DNA of 62,260 nucleotides, from assembly GCA_903819895.1 (NCBI GenBank), contig CAIJFH010000035.1, forward strand, positions 1 to 62,260, read 5' to 3'. Below are positions 9,104 through 17,926 of this stretch, in pieces. Below the pieces are notes generated by a model. The model did no database searches. It saw only the letters and a list, made by a program, of their open reading frames with translations, and was not told the DNA's origin. The stretch comes from Candidatus Adlerbacteria bacterium. GTDB lineage: Bacteria; Patescibacteriota; Minisyncoccia; Phycocordibacterales; SBAW01. The position numbers and the translations under genes are program-made. Every line of letters begins with the position of its first letter. The first letter of the stretch is position 1.

Positions 9104-10093
9104 TCAGTGTGAGATTTTAAGAAACACACTGACCACCTGATTTTTTTGAGTTACTACACCGAACATACGCCCCCATCGCGGAGAGTTGAACTTGCTTGAA
9201 AGAGAGTGTATACAATCCATAAAGCGTTTGGATTGCCCCCTCTCACTCAACTCTGACCAACAGGCGTCTATTATTGCTTGGCGAGTTGCCCAGCACCCAT
9301 CAGAGAGCAGTACCACGCAAAGAAACGCCGCATCGTCCAATCGCAACGCGACAGGACAAATCACACCAGGTGGGTCAGTGACAATCCTCGGCGGATGCAG
9401 ACATCCTCCCACAACTCCACTGGGCGATAGCGTATTTTTACCGCCATACAATTCAATCTCCCCCGCAGCACCGAACAAGAACGAGCGGAGTGATTTTTGT
9501 CTCGGAGCGACGGGCACTTTCTTTTTTGCTTTGTCGCTCTTGACACCTAGACCAAGCCACCTAATCTCGTTTCTAAAACGGATAATTTGAGGGGTAAATA
9601 TTTCGCCATCTTTAACGTAGATAGTGTACTCCCCCCGTACCTGCCTAGGATGTGGTCTCACTAGACCAAATTTCTTTTCTGAGCCACGGCCAGAACTATC
9701 AAGATAGAACAGCAGGTCATCATGACCAAGCGCTCTTAATTTATCCTTCAAAACTCTGAAGGTTCGATCGATTCTTGCGTGATACCTGAGATTATTTCTT
9801 TTGGCATCACCCCAGCACTGTCGTTCGATAAACAACGATGGTGCCAACAAACTTTTTTTGTACCGAGCAATGACAAACCAAAGGAAAGTCGCCTGCGCAC
9901 CAGAAACGGGGAGAAACGCTCGCCCTGTTATCTGGGCAGGATTTCTACGAATTCTTCCTTGAATTTTCCCACCATCGCAACGAGCGAGCTCTATAATAGG
10001 TTTTCTGGCTGTATTCTTTTTCTCTACCTCTATAATACGCCCCCATGTCAGGGACGTGTCGCTGTCCACATGGTTGTTCATCGCACCCCCCAT
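9104..10093 (-). CDS. Protein with two tandem OmpR/SARP-like winged-helix domains
   Basis: Two wHTH-like segments (ATFLWFVIARYKKSLL...CWGD...FRVLKDKLRAL and AAFLCVVLLSDGCWATRQAIIDACWSE...IHSLSSKF). Start uncertain (M at 10093 or 10081), because the longer ORF overlaps the VIT1 gene. Confidence 0.6.
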   Translation of the reverse strand: MGGAMNNHVDSDTSLTWGRIIEVEKKNTARKPIIELARCDGGKIQGRIRRNPAQITGRAFLPVSGAQATFLWFVIARYKKSLLAPSLFIERQCWGDAKRNNLRYHARIDRTFRVLKDKLRALGHDDLLFYLDSSGRGSEKKFGLVRPHPRQVRGEYTIYVKDGEIFTPQIIRFRNEIRWLGLGVKSDKAKKKVPVAPRQKSLRSFLFGAAGEIELYGGKNTLSPSGVVGGCLHPPRIVTDPPGVICPVALRLDDAAFLCVVLLSDGCWATRQAIIDACWSELSERGQSKRFMDCIHSLSSKFNSPRWGRMFGVVTQKNQVVSVFLKISH

Positions 10094-10179
10094 TGTTGTG
10101 CATCTGTTGCACCCGGTTTTGATTGAACACCACCTTAATAAAATAGTAAAGAGAGCGCTTCGTGTGATACAATTGCCCA

Positions 10180-10881
10180 ATGACACATCATGAACCGCAC
10201 GCGAGCGGGCCGGGGGTGCGGCTCAATTGGCTGCGCGCGGCGGTGTTGGGCGCCAACGACGGTGTCGTGTCGGTGGCGTCGATTGTTGTTGGGGTTGCGG
10301 GCGCGTCCAACACCACGGGGTTTATCTTGACCGCAGGCGTCGCGGGGCTGGTCGCCGGGGCGCTGTCGATGGCGGTTGGCGAATACGTCTCGGTAAGCAC
10401 CCAACGCGACACCGAACGCGCCTTGCTTGAGAAAGAGCGCGGCGAGCTGCGCGACGAGCCCGAAGCCGAGTTGGCAGAATTGACGGCAATCTATCGCGCA
10501 AAGGGCTTGACCGAGCAAACCGCGCACCAAGTTGCCGCCGAGTTGACCGCGCATGACGCCTTTGCCGCACATGTCGAGGCCGAGTTGCGTCTCGACCCCG
10601 ACGAGCTCACCAACCCATGGCATGCGGCGGTTGCATCTGCTGCGGCATTTCTCTCGGGCGCCATCATCCCACTTGTCGCGATTATGCTCCCACCTGCGGG
10701 CTGGCGTGTCCCCATCACCTTTGCAGCAGTGTTTGTCACTCTCATCATCACCGGCACCTTGAGTGCCCACGCGGGTGGCGCCAACAAGACACGAGCGACA
10801 CTGCGCGTGGTCCTCGGCGGTATCCTCGCGGTAGTAATCACCTTTGGCATCGGCAAGCTGTTTGGTGTTGCGGGTATATAA
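10180..10881 (+). CDS. VIT1/CCC1-family iron/manganese transporter
   Basis: LNWLRAAVLGANDGVVSVASIVVGVAGA, central acidic helix, C-terminal TM bundle. Confidence 0.9.
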   Translation: MTHHEPHASGPGVRLNWLRAAVLGANDGVVSVASIVVGVAGASNTTGFILTAGVAGLVAGALSMAVGEYVSVSTQRDTERALLEKERGELRDEPEAELAELTAIYRAKGLTEQTAHQVAAELTAHDAFAAHVEAELRLDPDELTNPWHAAVASAAAFLSGAIIPLVAIMLPPAGWRVPITFAAVFVTLIITGTLSAHAGGANKTRATLRVVLGGILAVVITFGIGKLFGVAGI

Positions 10882-10888
10882 TAGTGGT

Positions 10889-11296
10889 ATGACAAAAAAG
10901 AATGTGCAGCAATTGCAGTATAAAAAGTACATCAAGCCGTCGTGGGCGCCGCCGGATTGGGTCTTTGGCCCGGTATGGACAGTGCTCTACGCAATCATCG
11001 CCGTGTCGTTTGGCTGGGTCGGCTACGAGTACCTACAAAATGCGCTACCGCTACTCGTCCTGCTGCCGTTTGTGCTCAACCTCTTTTTTAATATCATTTT
11101 TACACCCATCCTCTTTGGGATGCGCAACTTTGTCCTCGCGAGCGTCGATGTCGTCCTTGTGTGGATCACGCTCGTCTGGGCGTTGTGGATTATTTACCCC
11201 ATCATCCCCTGGGTCGCCTACGCCAACCTCCCCTACCTCGCGTGGGTCTCGTTTGCCTCGGTCCTCCAACTCACGGTCGCGCGGCTCAATAAATAA
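10889..11296 (+). CDS. tspO: TspO/MBR family tryptophan-rich sensory protein
   Basis: KPSWAPPDWVFGPVWTVLY ... ANLPYLAWVSFASVL. TATAAT 10877-10882 + 6 nt + ATG 10889. Confidence 0.9.
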   Translation: MTKKNVQQLQYKKYIKPSWAPPDWVFGPVWTVLYAIIAVSFGWVGYEYLQNALPLLVLLPFVLNLFFNIIFTPILFGMRNFVLASVDVVLVWITLVWALWIIYPIIPWVAYANLPYLAWVSFASVLQLTVARLNK

Positions 11297-11324
11297 CCCT
11301 TGTGCGTAGCCATATCCTAGGGGC

Positions 11325-11353
11325 TTGACAAGAAAATGGTACTTTGCTAGTAT
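11325..11353 (+). promoter_or_regulatory. Near-consensus sigma-70 promoter (TTGACA-N17-TAGTAT with TGC extension)
   Basis: ttgaca 11325-11330, 17-nt spacer, tagtat 11348-11353. No CDS follows on this strand. Confidence 0.7.
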
Positions 11354-11359
11354 CTTTTT

Positions 11360-11653
11360 CAGTTCCGAACGTGGTTTTGTGCCCACGCGTTCGGAGTAGC
11401 TCTTCTTATTTCAACCATTGGGCACGTTAAAAGGAGAGCACGCGATGCGTAAGCATCCGCCGTGGGGTCGCAAGACCCTTTACAGAGAAAAAACAACCAG
11501 CGCCGGCCTCGGCGGTTAGCGACAAAGAGGGAGAACCGGGCAGGTTACTTCCCCCTTAGTGCCCGCTGACCGCAAAAGACCCCGAGTGTGTGATAGATAC
11601 AAGGAGCAGCAGTGCTCCCCAAATCTGTCACCGCTCGGGGCCTTCGACTTTTT
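11360..11653 (+). ncRNA. Candidate structured non-coding RNA of about 290 nt, class unknown
   Basis: Driven by the promoter above. Helices: 11364-71/11388-95 (8 bp), 11379-85/11419-25 (7 bp, alternative or pseudoknot), GTAA hairpin 11444-57, GCAA hairpin 11465-78, GGAGCA/TGCTCC 11603-18 nested in CCCCGAG/CTCGGGG 11580-86/11634-40. T5 run at 11649-53. No credible ORF. Confidence 0.5.
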
Positions 11654-11687
11654 ATGCTCAACCAAACGATACCGAAATGATGCTAGG

Positions 11688-12041
11688 CTAGCGGCGCGGA
11701 GTGGTGGAAGCAGCTGCCGGAGCTGTGTCGGGTACGGGGATGGTGCGGTATTGCACCACTGGCTGCACGGCTTGACCGTCGTTGTAGTAACCACCATAGT
11801 ACCCGCCGCGCATCATCTGGCTGTGGTAGCCGTAGCCGCCATCTACGTTACTTTCGACAAAGGCCTTGAGCTCGCCAAACTCGATACCTGCCCAAAAGAC
11901 AAAGAGGATGATTGCGAGCCGGAGCGCCCAGTGCATCCAATGCATATTGCAGCCAAGGCCAACACTTTTGCACATTGCACACGAGCACCCGTGCGAACCG
12001 CACTTCTCGCCATCGCTATTTTTATCTTTGTCGTTTGCCAT
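11688..12041 (-). CDS. Small membrane protein: Cys/His-rich N-terminus, one TM, Gly/Tyr-rich exterior tail
   Basis: Track ORF 11688..12095 trimmed to MANDKDKN. HGCSCAMC motif, TM LRLAIILFVFWAGI, then GGYGYHSQMMRGGYYGGYY. Confidence 0.6.
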   Translation of the reverse strand: MANDKDKNSDGEKCGSHGCSCAMCKSVGLGCNMHWMHWALRLAIILFVFWAGIEFGELKAFVESNVDGGYGYHSQMMRGGYYGGYYNDGQAVQPVVQYRTIPVPDTAPAAASTTPRR

Positions 12042-12096
12042 AGAGATAAACTTTTTTAGATTATGTGTATGCCTACAGTATAGCATCCTGCACACA

Positions 12097-13167
12097 TTAT
12101 TTTGTCACACTGTCCACACCAAACACGCGATACAGTGCCAACTCTAGCGGGACAATGGGTAGCGGCGCGCGAGTAATCTCCAAGAGTGCAGTAATCAACT
12201 CTGCCAATAAGCGCGAGTTGACTGCAGCGCCTTTGCTACCCGCCAAGTCGGCCAAGATAGCACTGTCGGCCGCATTGTACTGCGCGGCAATCTGATTTTT
12301 GAGCTGTGGTGAGAATCGCAACAAGAGTATCGTGCGCACTTTAGCAACCAACAGAAGCACAAACACTTTTGCCTCGACACCTTGTGCCACTGCACTGTTG
12401 AGTAGCGCCAGCGCATGCGCGAGATCTTTTGCTGCGAGCGCGAGCAGGAGCTCGTTGACCATACCACTGGTTGGCGCGCCGACCACGCGGGCGATCTCCT
12501 CCTCGGCAAGCGTATTGTCGGCCGAGAGGGTGAGCACTTTTTGCAAGATGCCAAGCGTATCGCGAAACGAGCCATCACCCATGAGCGCGATTATCTCGGC
12601 GCCCGGGCGCGAGATTGCAACCCCTTCTTTTTTTGCCACATCAAGCACCAGCTGCACCAACACCTCCTGCGCGGGCTTAGCAAAGCGGAAGGTCTGGCAG
12701 CGCGAAAGAATGGTGTCAGGAACCTTTTCGAGCTCGGTGGTCGCAAGCACAAACACAACATGCGATGGTGGCTCCTCCAGCGTCTTAAGCAGCGCCTGCC
12801 ACGCCTGCGGAGTGAGCGCATGTGCCTCGTCGATAATATAAAATTTGTAGGTCGACGCAAACGGGAGCGTGGCGACACTGTCGCGCAGCTCGCGTATCTC
12901 GTCGATACCACGATTGCTCGCCGCATCCATCTCGTAGATGTCGTTGTCCGAGGTGCCAACCGCATGCGCCAAAATGCGGGCCATCGAGGTCTTTCCTGTC
13001 CCTCGACCGCCCGCAAAAAGGTAGGCATGCGCAATCTTGCCCTGCTCGACCGCAGCACGCAACACCGACACGACCGGCTCCTGCCCGCGCACGTGGTCAA
13101 ACACGCTTGGGCGATATTTGCGATAGAGCGCCTGATGCGCACGCTGCTCGTTGGTGGCACTGTCCAT
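12097..13167 (-). CDS. dnaX: DNA polymerase III subunit gamma/tau (short form)
   Basis: YRPSVFDHVRGQE, Walker A GGRGTGKTS, FYIIDEAHALT, SRCQTF. TATACT + 6 nt upstream of the ATG. Confidence 0.93.
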   Translation of the reverse strand: MDSATNEQRAHQALYRKYRPSVFDHVRGQEPVVSVLRAAVEQGKIAHAYLFAGGRGTGKTSMARILAHAVGTSDNDIYEMDAASNRGIDEIRELRDSVATLPFASTYKFYIIDEAHALTPQAWQALLKTLEEPPSHVVFVLATTELEKVPDTILSRCQTFRFAKPAQEVLVQLVLDVAKKEGVAISRPGAEIIALMGDGSFRDTLGILQKVLTLSADNTLAEEEIARVVGAPTSGMVNELLLALAAKDLAHALALLNSAVAQGVEAKVFVLLLVAKVRTILLLRFSPQLKNQIAAQYNAADSAILADLAGSKGAAVNSRLLAELITALLEITRAPLPIVPLELALYRVFGVDSVTK

Positions 13168-13173
13168 GCCACC

Positions 13174-13179
13174 AGTATA
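13174..13179 (-). promoter_or_regulatory. -10 box TATACT 6 nt upstream of the dnaX ATG
   Basis: Plus-strand agtata 13174-13179, spacer gccacc, cat 13165-13167. Confidence 0.5.
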
Positions 13180-13184
13180 GTATG

Positions 13185-13601
13185 TTATCTGCTCTTGCGC
13201 GACACCTTCTTGGCGGGCTTCTTTGCTGATTTTTTAGCTGCCTTTGCCGCGAGTGCTGCCTTGGCCTCGGCACGCGCGTGCTGGACATGCTGCCACGCCG
13301 ACTTGAGGTCGCGCTGGATCTGCGCGATGTCAGCCGATGTTGCGCCATCTACCGCCGAGTAGCGGCTAGCAACCTCGTCGACCACCTGCGCGTAGACCTT
13401 TTTATCAACCTCGGCAATCTGCTCGAGACGCTCGAGCGCCTCGGCACGCGCCTTAAGCATCCAACTCTTGACCTGCTTGCGATTTTTTTGTGCATGCTCT
13501 GCACCATAAAACCAGTACGCACCCGCAACCGCCGCCGCGCTGATTGCTGCCGCGACCCCAACCTCAACCGCCGTACCGACTCCTGACTTTTTTGTCGCCA
13601 T
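13185..13601 (-). CDS. Hypothetical membrane-anchored helical protein with Lys/Ala-rich tail
   Basis: N-terminal hydrophobic helix, amphipathic helices, basic AKKSAKKPAKK tail. Confidence 0.6.
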   Translation of the reverse strand: MATKKSGVGTAVEVGVAAAISAAAVAGAYWFYGAEHAQKNRKQVKSWMLKARAEALERLEQIAEVDKKVYAQVVDEVASRYSAVDGATSADIAQIQRDLKSAWQHVQHARAEAKAALAAKAAKKSAKKPAKKVSRKSR

Positions 13602-13634
13602 ATCTTTCTTGCTGTTTAGTAAACGTATAAATAC

Positions 13635-13868
13635 TTATTCCTCATCCTGCTTTTTGGCTGCACGGCGTTTGCCGGAGACCTTACTCCACACGCGCTCCAC
13701 ACCGCTAGCGACCGTGTCGCTCGCGCTGCGCACCTCGGCCACGATGGCGCGGATGTCGCGCGCAATGCCGATCGCGTAATAGAGAAACACCGCCCAAAAA
13801 ACGGAAAGCACGATGACCGCAAGTGTCGTGATGAAAAAGAATACATCTGCGTGCACTAGCTCGGTCAT
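13635..13868 (-). CDS. Small membrane protein
   Basis: Track ORF 13635..13904 trimmed to MTELVHADVFFFITTLAVIVL, which avoids overlap with dus. Confidence 0.5.
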   Translation of the reverse strand: MTELVHADVFFFITTLAVIVLSVFWAVFLYYAIGIARDIRAIVAEVRSASDTVASGVERVWSKVSGKRRAAKKQDEE

Positions 13869-13872
13869 GCCA

Positions 13873-14901
13873 CTAGTATACCCCCTCCTGCAAAAATTGT
13901 TCAACGATATTCTCCACCTCGGCAGCGCACTCGGTCTCCATCAGACGTATGCGCAGCTCTTTGGCGCCGGGGAACCCCTCGACATATGCCTTAAAATGCT
14001 TTTTCATAATCGCAAAACTTTTTACATCGCCGAGCAGCTGCTCAAACAACTTGGCATGCTCGACTGCGATGCGCAGGCGCTCGGGAACCGGAGGAGGAAG
14101 ACGATTTGAAAACAACCACGGCGTGCCAAAGATCGCACGACCGATCATCACGCCGTCGGCATCAGACATATCCGCTTTTTGCCGCGCATCCTGCATATCC
14201 TGCACATCACCGTTGCCGATAATCAGTGTTTTACTGCTAGATGAGTTGCGAATCTCGACCGCGCGCGCGACCCGCTCCCAACGCGCGGGAACTTTAGACA
14301 TCTCCTTGCGCGTTCGTGCGTGGATGGTAATTGCCGCTGGCTCCTCTGCCAACAAAATCGGTAACCAACTATCTAACACATCTTTGTTGTATCCAAGCCG
14401 CGTCTTGACTGAAATAGGGATTGGTTGCTGCCCCGCAGCAGTGGCGCTTTGCAAGACGCCGCGCTTTGCTGCACGAATGAGTTCTACTGCGAGATCCGGC
14501 TTCAACATCAACTTAGCGCCCGCGCCTTGCTTCTCGATACTCTTGTCGGGGCAACCCATGTTGATGTCGATACCATCAAAGCCGAGGCCTGCGACAATCG
14601 CCGCTGCCTGCTCCATATGCTTGGGGTTGGCAGTAAACAGCTGAGCAACGATGGGTCGCTCCGTCTCGGTGTAGACCAAATCACGCAACAACTTTTGCTT
14701 GCCCTCCTCGGTTGCGAGCACCAAACCATCCGCCGAGACAAACTCGGTCCACGTCACATCTGGCCCGCCCCAATACTCTGGTCGGGTCGACTTGCCATAC
14801 TTCGCGATCATCTGCCGAAACGCAGCGTCGGTGACATTGGCCATCGGTGCCAGCACAAAAAACGGCTTTGGTAGTGTAGCCCAAAAGTTTTTCATGGTCA
14901 T
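13873..14901 (-). CDS. dus: tRNA-dihydrouridine synthase
   Basis: LAPMANVTDAAFR, GFDGIDINMGCP, TIHARTR, NGDV motifs. Confidence 0.92.
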   Translation of the reverse strand: MTMKNFWATLPKPFFVLAPMANVTDAAFRQMIAKYGKSTRPEYWGGPDVTWTEFVSADGLVLATEEGKQKLLRDLVYTETERPIVAQLFTANPKHMEQAAAIVAGLGFDGIDINMGCPDKSIEKQGAGAKLMLKPDLAVELIRAAKRGVLQSATAAGQQPIPISVKTRLGYNKDVLDSWLPILLAEEPAAITIHARTRKEMSKVPARWERVARAVEIRNSSSSKTLIIGNGDVQDMQDARQKADMSDADGVMIGRAIFGTPWLFSNRLPPPVPERLRIAVEHAKLFEQLLGDVKSFAIMKKHFKAYVEGFPGAKELRIRLMETECAAEVENIVEQFLQEGVY

Positions 14902-14904
14902 ACC

Positions 14905-15729
14905 TTACTTCCCTTTTTGCTTGTAGTACAGCCGATCGCCAAAGCGCAGGTCGAGGTAGGAAAAGGTGGCGAGTGGCTGCGCTGCAAACGGCCCCGAGGT
15001 GAGCGCGAGCGCGTATCGCCGCAGCACGTCACTGCCATCATCGCCACCAGCAAAGATGAGCGAGAACCCGTCGACATAGGTGAGCCGCACATCGTTGTTT
15101 GCGTCCACCGTGACACTGGCGACACCACTCGTATCACCCTGCTTACCCAGCGCCACCACGAGCGCGGTCAATGTTGCAAACTGATCGGGTGTTAGAAATT
15201 GATTGCTGCTCGTCGCGAGCGCGCCATAGTAGGTGACAAACGCACTCGGCGTCGACGTTGCTGCTGGCGCGTACGCTACGCCGTGCATATCCACAAAGCG
15301 ACACGACGCGGCAAAGATCGTGCTCGCGTCGCCACACCACAGCGCGACCGGCTGCTGCTCGACCGCAGTCACCGCGAGCGTATGCAAACCAGATGCGTGG
15401 ACATCAACACGAGAGAGTGTTGGGATCTGCACCAACAGCGCCGCAGTGATTGCTTGCTTGGGATACAGCAAAATATTTCGTTTGGAAAAAAGGTGCAGGT
15501 AGGGATGCGCGAGTTCGTCGGCGACCACCGTTTGTATCGTCGCTGCGTCCACATCGCTCGCACCAGCAACGCCGACCGACGTGATTTGCCAAAACGGCGC
15601 GTCAACCAACCATACGACTCCTCCAAACAACACGAGCACCGCTGTGACAATGAGCCCCAATGCAACTAAGCGGCGCTTTCTGCGTCGCGCACGTGCCCTC
15701 GACTCGCCCAATGCAATCCGCGCCACCAT
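14905..15729 (-). CDS. ftsQ: Cell-division protein FtsQ-like (TM + POTRA)
   Basis: Basic N-terminus, one TM, then a POTRA-like ITSVGVAGASDVDAATIQTVV segment. Confidence 0.7.
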   Translation of the reverse strand: MVARIALGESRARARRRKRRLVALGLIVTAVLVLFGGVVWLVDAPFWQITSVGVAGASDVDAATIQTVVADELAHPYLHLFSKRNILLYPKQAITAALLVQIPTLSRVDVHASGLHTLAVTAVEQQPVALWCGDASTIFAASCRFVDMHGVAYAPAATSTPSAFVTYYGALATSSNQFLTPDQFATLTALVVALGKQGDTSGVASVTVDANNDVRLTYVDGFSLIFAGGDDGSDVLRRYALALTSGPFAAQPLATFSYLDLRFGDRLYYKQKGK

Positions 15730-15743
15730 GTAGACATTCTACC

Positions 15744-16115
15744 CTATCTTTGGAGCACGCCGCGCTCCAGCTCCCGCAAGCGGCGGCGCACCACGAGGTG
15801 GTTTGGCACCACCTCGGCGACCAATGTCCAAAAGCGCGCCGAGTGATTGAACTCGCGCAGGTGGCACAGCTCGTGGACGATGATATAGTCGGCGACATCG
15901 GGCGGCAGCAGCACAATTTTGTAATTAAAATTCAAATTGCCTTTGGTCGAGCAACTGCCCCAGCGCGACTTGTGATTTTTAATAAACACTTTTCTCAACT
16001 CCACGCCATACATCGGCGCAAAGTGCGCCAGCCGCGCATGCACGAGCGCCCGCGCCTCCTCGCGCAACGCCACATACTGCCGCCGGTTTCGCCGCATGGA
16101 GAAAAATTTGAGCAT
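15744..16115 (-). CDS. YgjP-like (DUF45/SprT-like) metal-dependent hydrolase, short form
   Basis: WGSCSTKGNLNFNYKIVLLPPDVADYIIVHELCHLREFNHSARFW (HExxH). Confidence 0.8.
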   Translation of the reverse strand: MLKFFSMRRNRRQYVALREEARALVHARLAHFAPMYGVELRKVFIKNHKSRWGSCSTKGNLNFNYKIVLLPPDVADYIIVHELCHLREFNHSARFWTLVAEVVPNHLVVRRRLRELERGVLQR

Positions 16116-16158
16116 TCTCGCATTCTACAAGAAATATGCTGTATGCCGAACTATCGCT

Positions 16159-16461
16159 TCAGCTCCTGCCCGGTTTGGAATGCGTTGCGCACCCAGGCGC
16201 TTGGTTGCCCACAACAGGACCAAGCGTGCCGAGCAAAATGGTCGCCAAGATTGCTGAACCAACAACAAACCCGACGCCGTACACAATCCCCACCAAAAAC
16301 ACGCGCCCAAACGACCCCTGCCGCGCCATTTGCGCGTTCAACTTCTCCAACTCCTCGATAATCGTTTCCATTTTATCAGCTCCAACATCCTCTGCTCCTC
16401 CGTCCTCCTCATCTTCTTCTACCCCACCCACGGCTAGTATCTCAATATCTTGTTGCTGCAT
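16159..16461 (-). CDS. Small membrane protein with acidic N-terminus
   Basis: TATACT + 8 nt upstream of the ATG at 16461. C-terminal double TM FLVGIVYGVGFVVGSAILATILLG. Confidence 0.55.
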   Translation of the reverse strand: MQQQDIEILAVGGVEEDEEDGGAEDVGADKMETIIEELEKLNAQMARQGSFGRVFLVGIVYGVGFVVGSAILATILLGTLGPVVGNQAPGCATHSKPGRS

Positions 16462-16596
16462 ATGTGGCTAGTATACCAGCCCTTTTCTGTCTCGTCTCCG
16501 CGTCCTTTCTTTCTTAATACTTCTGTGGCATAGTGCTGATGGACTCTAGACCCTCTGGCTATCGCACCCATCGAGCCAACAACAGGGAGACAGCAC

Positions 16597-16896
16597 ATGC
16601 CGCGTATCACCATAAACGGAATCCACCCGTTCAGGTTCTCTAAACGTCGTCGCATCGAGCAGATGTTGCGAGAAGCGTTCGTTGGTGCCGTCTATGCGAA
16701 CGATATTGTTTTCGAATGTGTAAGCAGTCGAGTCTTCGACGTGTACGGTCGCTCGGCACCGTATCTTGGGGTGCACGACACGGAACCATCTCGGGCACAA
16801 GATGTCGCCAGACGATTGAGACCGTTCCAATGCAATCCTTGGAGATTTAGCATCGAGGTAGCCGCTCCGCTCTCAAGGTATCTTGAACCCCTATAA
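16597..16896 (+). CDS. Hypothetical protein
   Basis: GGGAG 8 nt upstream of the ATG. No recognisable domain. Confidence 0.45.
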   Translation: MPRITINGIHPFRFSKRRRIEQMLREAFVGAVYANDIVFECVSSRVFDVYGRSAPYLGVHDTEPSRAQDVARRLRPFQCNPWRFSIEVAAPLSRYLEPL

Positions 16897-16970
16897 CCCA
16901 CGGCTGTCTGGAAAATAGTCCTCGCTCGGCAAGTCACTCGACTCGTCGAGCGATTTGCTTTTTATACCAA

Positions 16971-17678
16971 TCATTTCTTCTCAACCTGCTTTCCTGTTGG
17001 ATTGAGAGATGCGTTTATAAACGCCACGGTATGCTCGATTACTTGCGCCTCGTGCGCTTTGTCGCGGTAGGAGTGGTCGGCACCGTCGATTGGCACCAAG
17101 ACAGAATCGAGAATAGTTGCCTGCAACTTCTGCGAGTTTGCAAACGGGATTGAGTTGTCGGCTGTACCGTGGATCAAACACACTGCGCCGTGACATGCCG
17201 CAAGGTACGCTCGGTCGAGCGTGATATCCAAAAGCGACCCGCGCAACTCTTGCAACTTCTGCGTGCGAAGCTCGCCGAGTGTCCCACCTGTGTCAACAAC
17301 GCCAATCGCTGGAGCCCACAACACCTTTGCAACAATAGCTGCTTTCGTATTCGCAAGCACCATGCCGCCACCAAAACTCTTCCCTACCGCGGCAATATGT
17401 GTGTATCCAAGTCCCTGCAAAAACGCGACTGCGCGGTCGATGTCCTGCTGTATCTGGTCGATAGTCATTCCGAGCACCTGCTCCTCGTTGTCCCAAATAT
17501 TCAGACGAGCAATCGCAAACCCGCTCGCCACCACCGCATCCACCAGCGGCTGATACCGATCCGAAAACACGCCACCGCTAATTCCTGGTAGTGCCAAAAC
17601 GACTGCCTTTGTCGCCTCCTTGGGCGCATCTATCAACACTTTTGCTGTACTTTGTGGGATTTCGTAGGTTTCTCTCAT
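16971..17678 (-). CDS. Alpha/beta hydrolase (dienelactone-hydrolase-like)
   Basis: Nucleophile elbow GKSFGGG, C-terminal DH pair (GADHSY). Confidence 0.8.
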   Translation of the reverse strand: MRETYEIPQSTAKVLIDAPKEATKAVVLALPGISGGVFSDRYQPLVDAVVASGFAIARLNIWDNEEQVLGMTIDQIQQDIDRAVAFLQGLGYTHIAAVGKSFGGGMVLANTKAAIVAKVLWAPAIGVVDTGGTLGELRTQKLQELRGSLLDITLDRAYLAACHGAVCLIHGTADNSIPFANSQKLQATILDSVLVPIDGADHSYRDKAHEAQVIEHTVAFINASLNPTGKQVEKK

Positions 17679-17923
17679 TTGATTCTTTTGCCAGCTTCTA
17701 ATTGTTGCGTAAGCAAATCAATCTTCGCATTTTGTGTAACAACTTGGTCTTTCAAGTCCTCAAATGTTGCCTGCGTTGCCGCAAAGTATTGCAATACCAA
17801 TGTTACTACTAAAATAGCAAGAACGACTAATATTCCTATCATCCAAGCTTTTAGGTCGTCGACTTGGTTCTTGAGTCCAGAACCTTCATTAAGATTTGAT
17901 TCTTTAATTTGAATATTGTCCAT
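17675..17923 (-). CDS. Small single-pass membrane / coiled-coil protein
   Basis: 4-nt overlap with the downstream hydrolase gene. TM MIGILVVLAILVVTLVL. AT-rich. Confidence 0.55.
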   Translation of the reverse strand: MDNIQIKESNLNEGSGLKNQVDDLKAWMIGILVVLAILVVTLVLQYFAATQATFEDLKDQVVTQNAKIDLLTQQLEAGKRIK

Positions 17924-17926
17924 GTG

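Noticed and set aside
10100-10140. A degenerate tRNA-Glu 3' repeat (ggttttgattgaacaccacc) as the far att site of the 8426-10130 islet.
   Set aside because: The match to GGGTTCGATTCCCCGTGAGGTCACC is patchy (about GGTT.GATT plus CACC) and could easily be chance. An alignment statistic or comparative data would be needed.
11360-11653. Assigning the structured RNA to RNase P RNA, tmRNA, SRP RNA, group II intron domain V (11436-11468) or a known riboswitch.
   Set aside because: There is no GGAAAGUCC-type CR-I box, no tRNA-like T-arm or CCA end, and no SRP helix-8 motif. The domain-V-like hairpin lacks pairing for the AGC triad, and there is no downstream gene for a riboswitch. It is kept only as an unknown ncRNA candidate.
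16597-16896. A 4-oxalocrotonate-tautomerase-like enzyme, suggested by the MPRITI N-terminus.
   Set aside because: Only the first residues resemble the Pro-1 motif. The rest, at 99 aa, shows no beta-alpha-beta tautomerase pattern that I can recognise.
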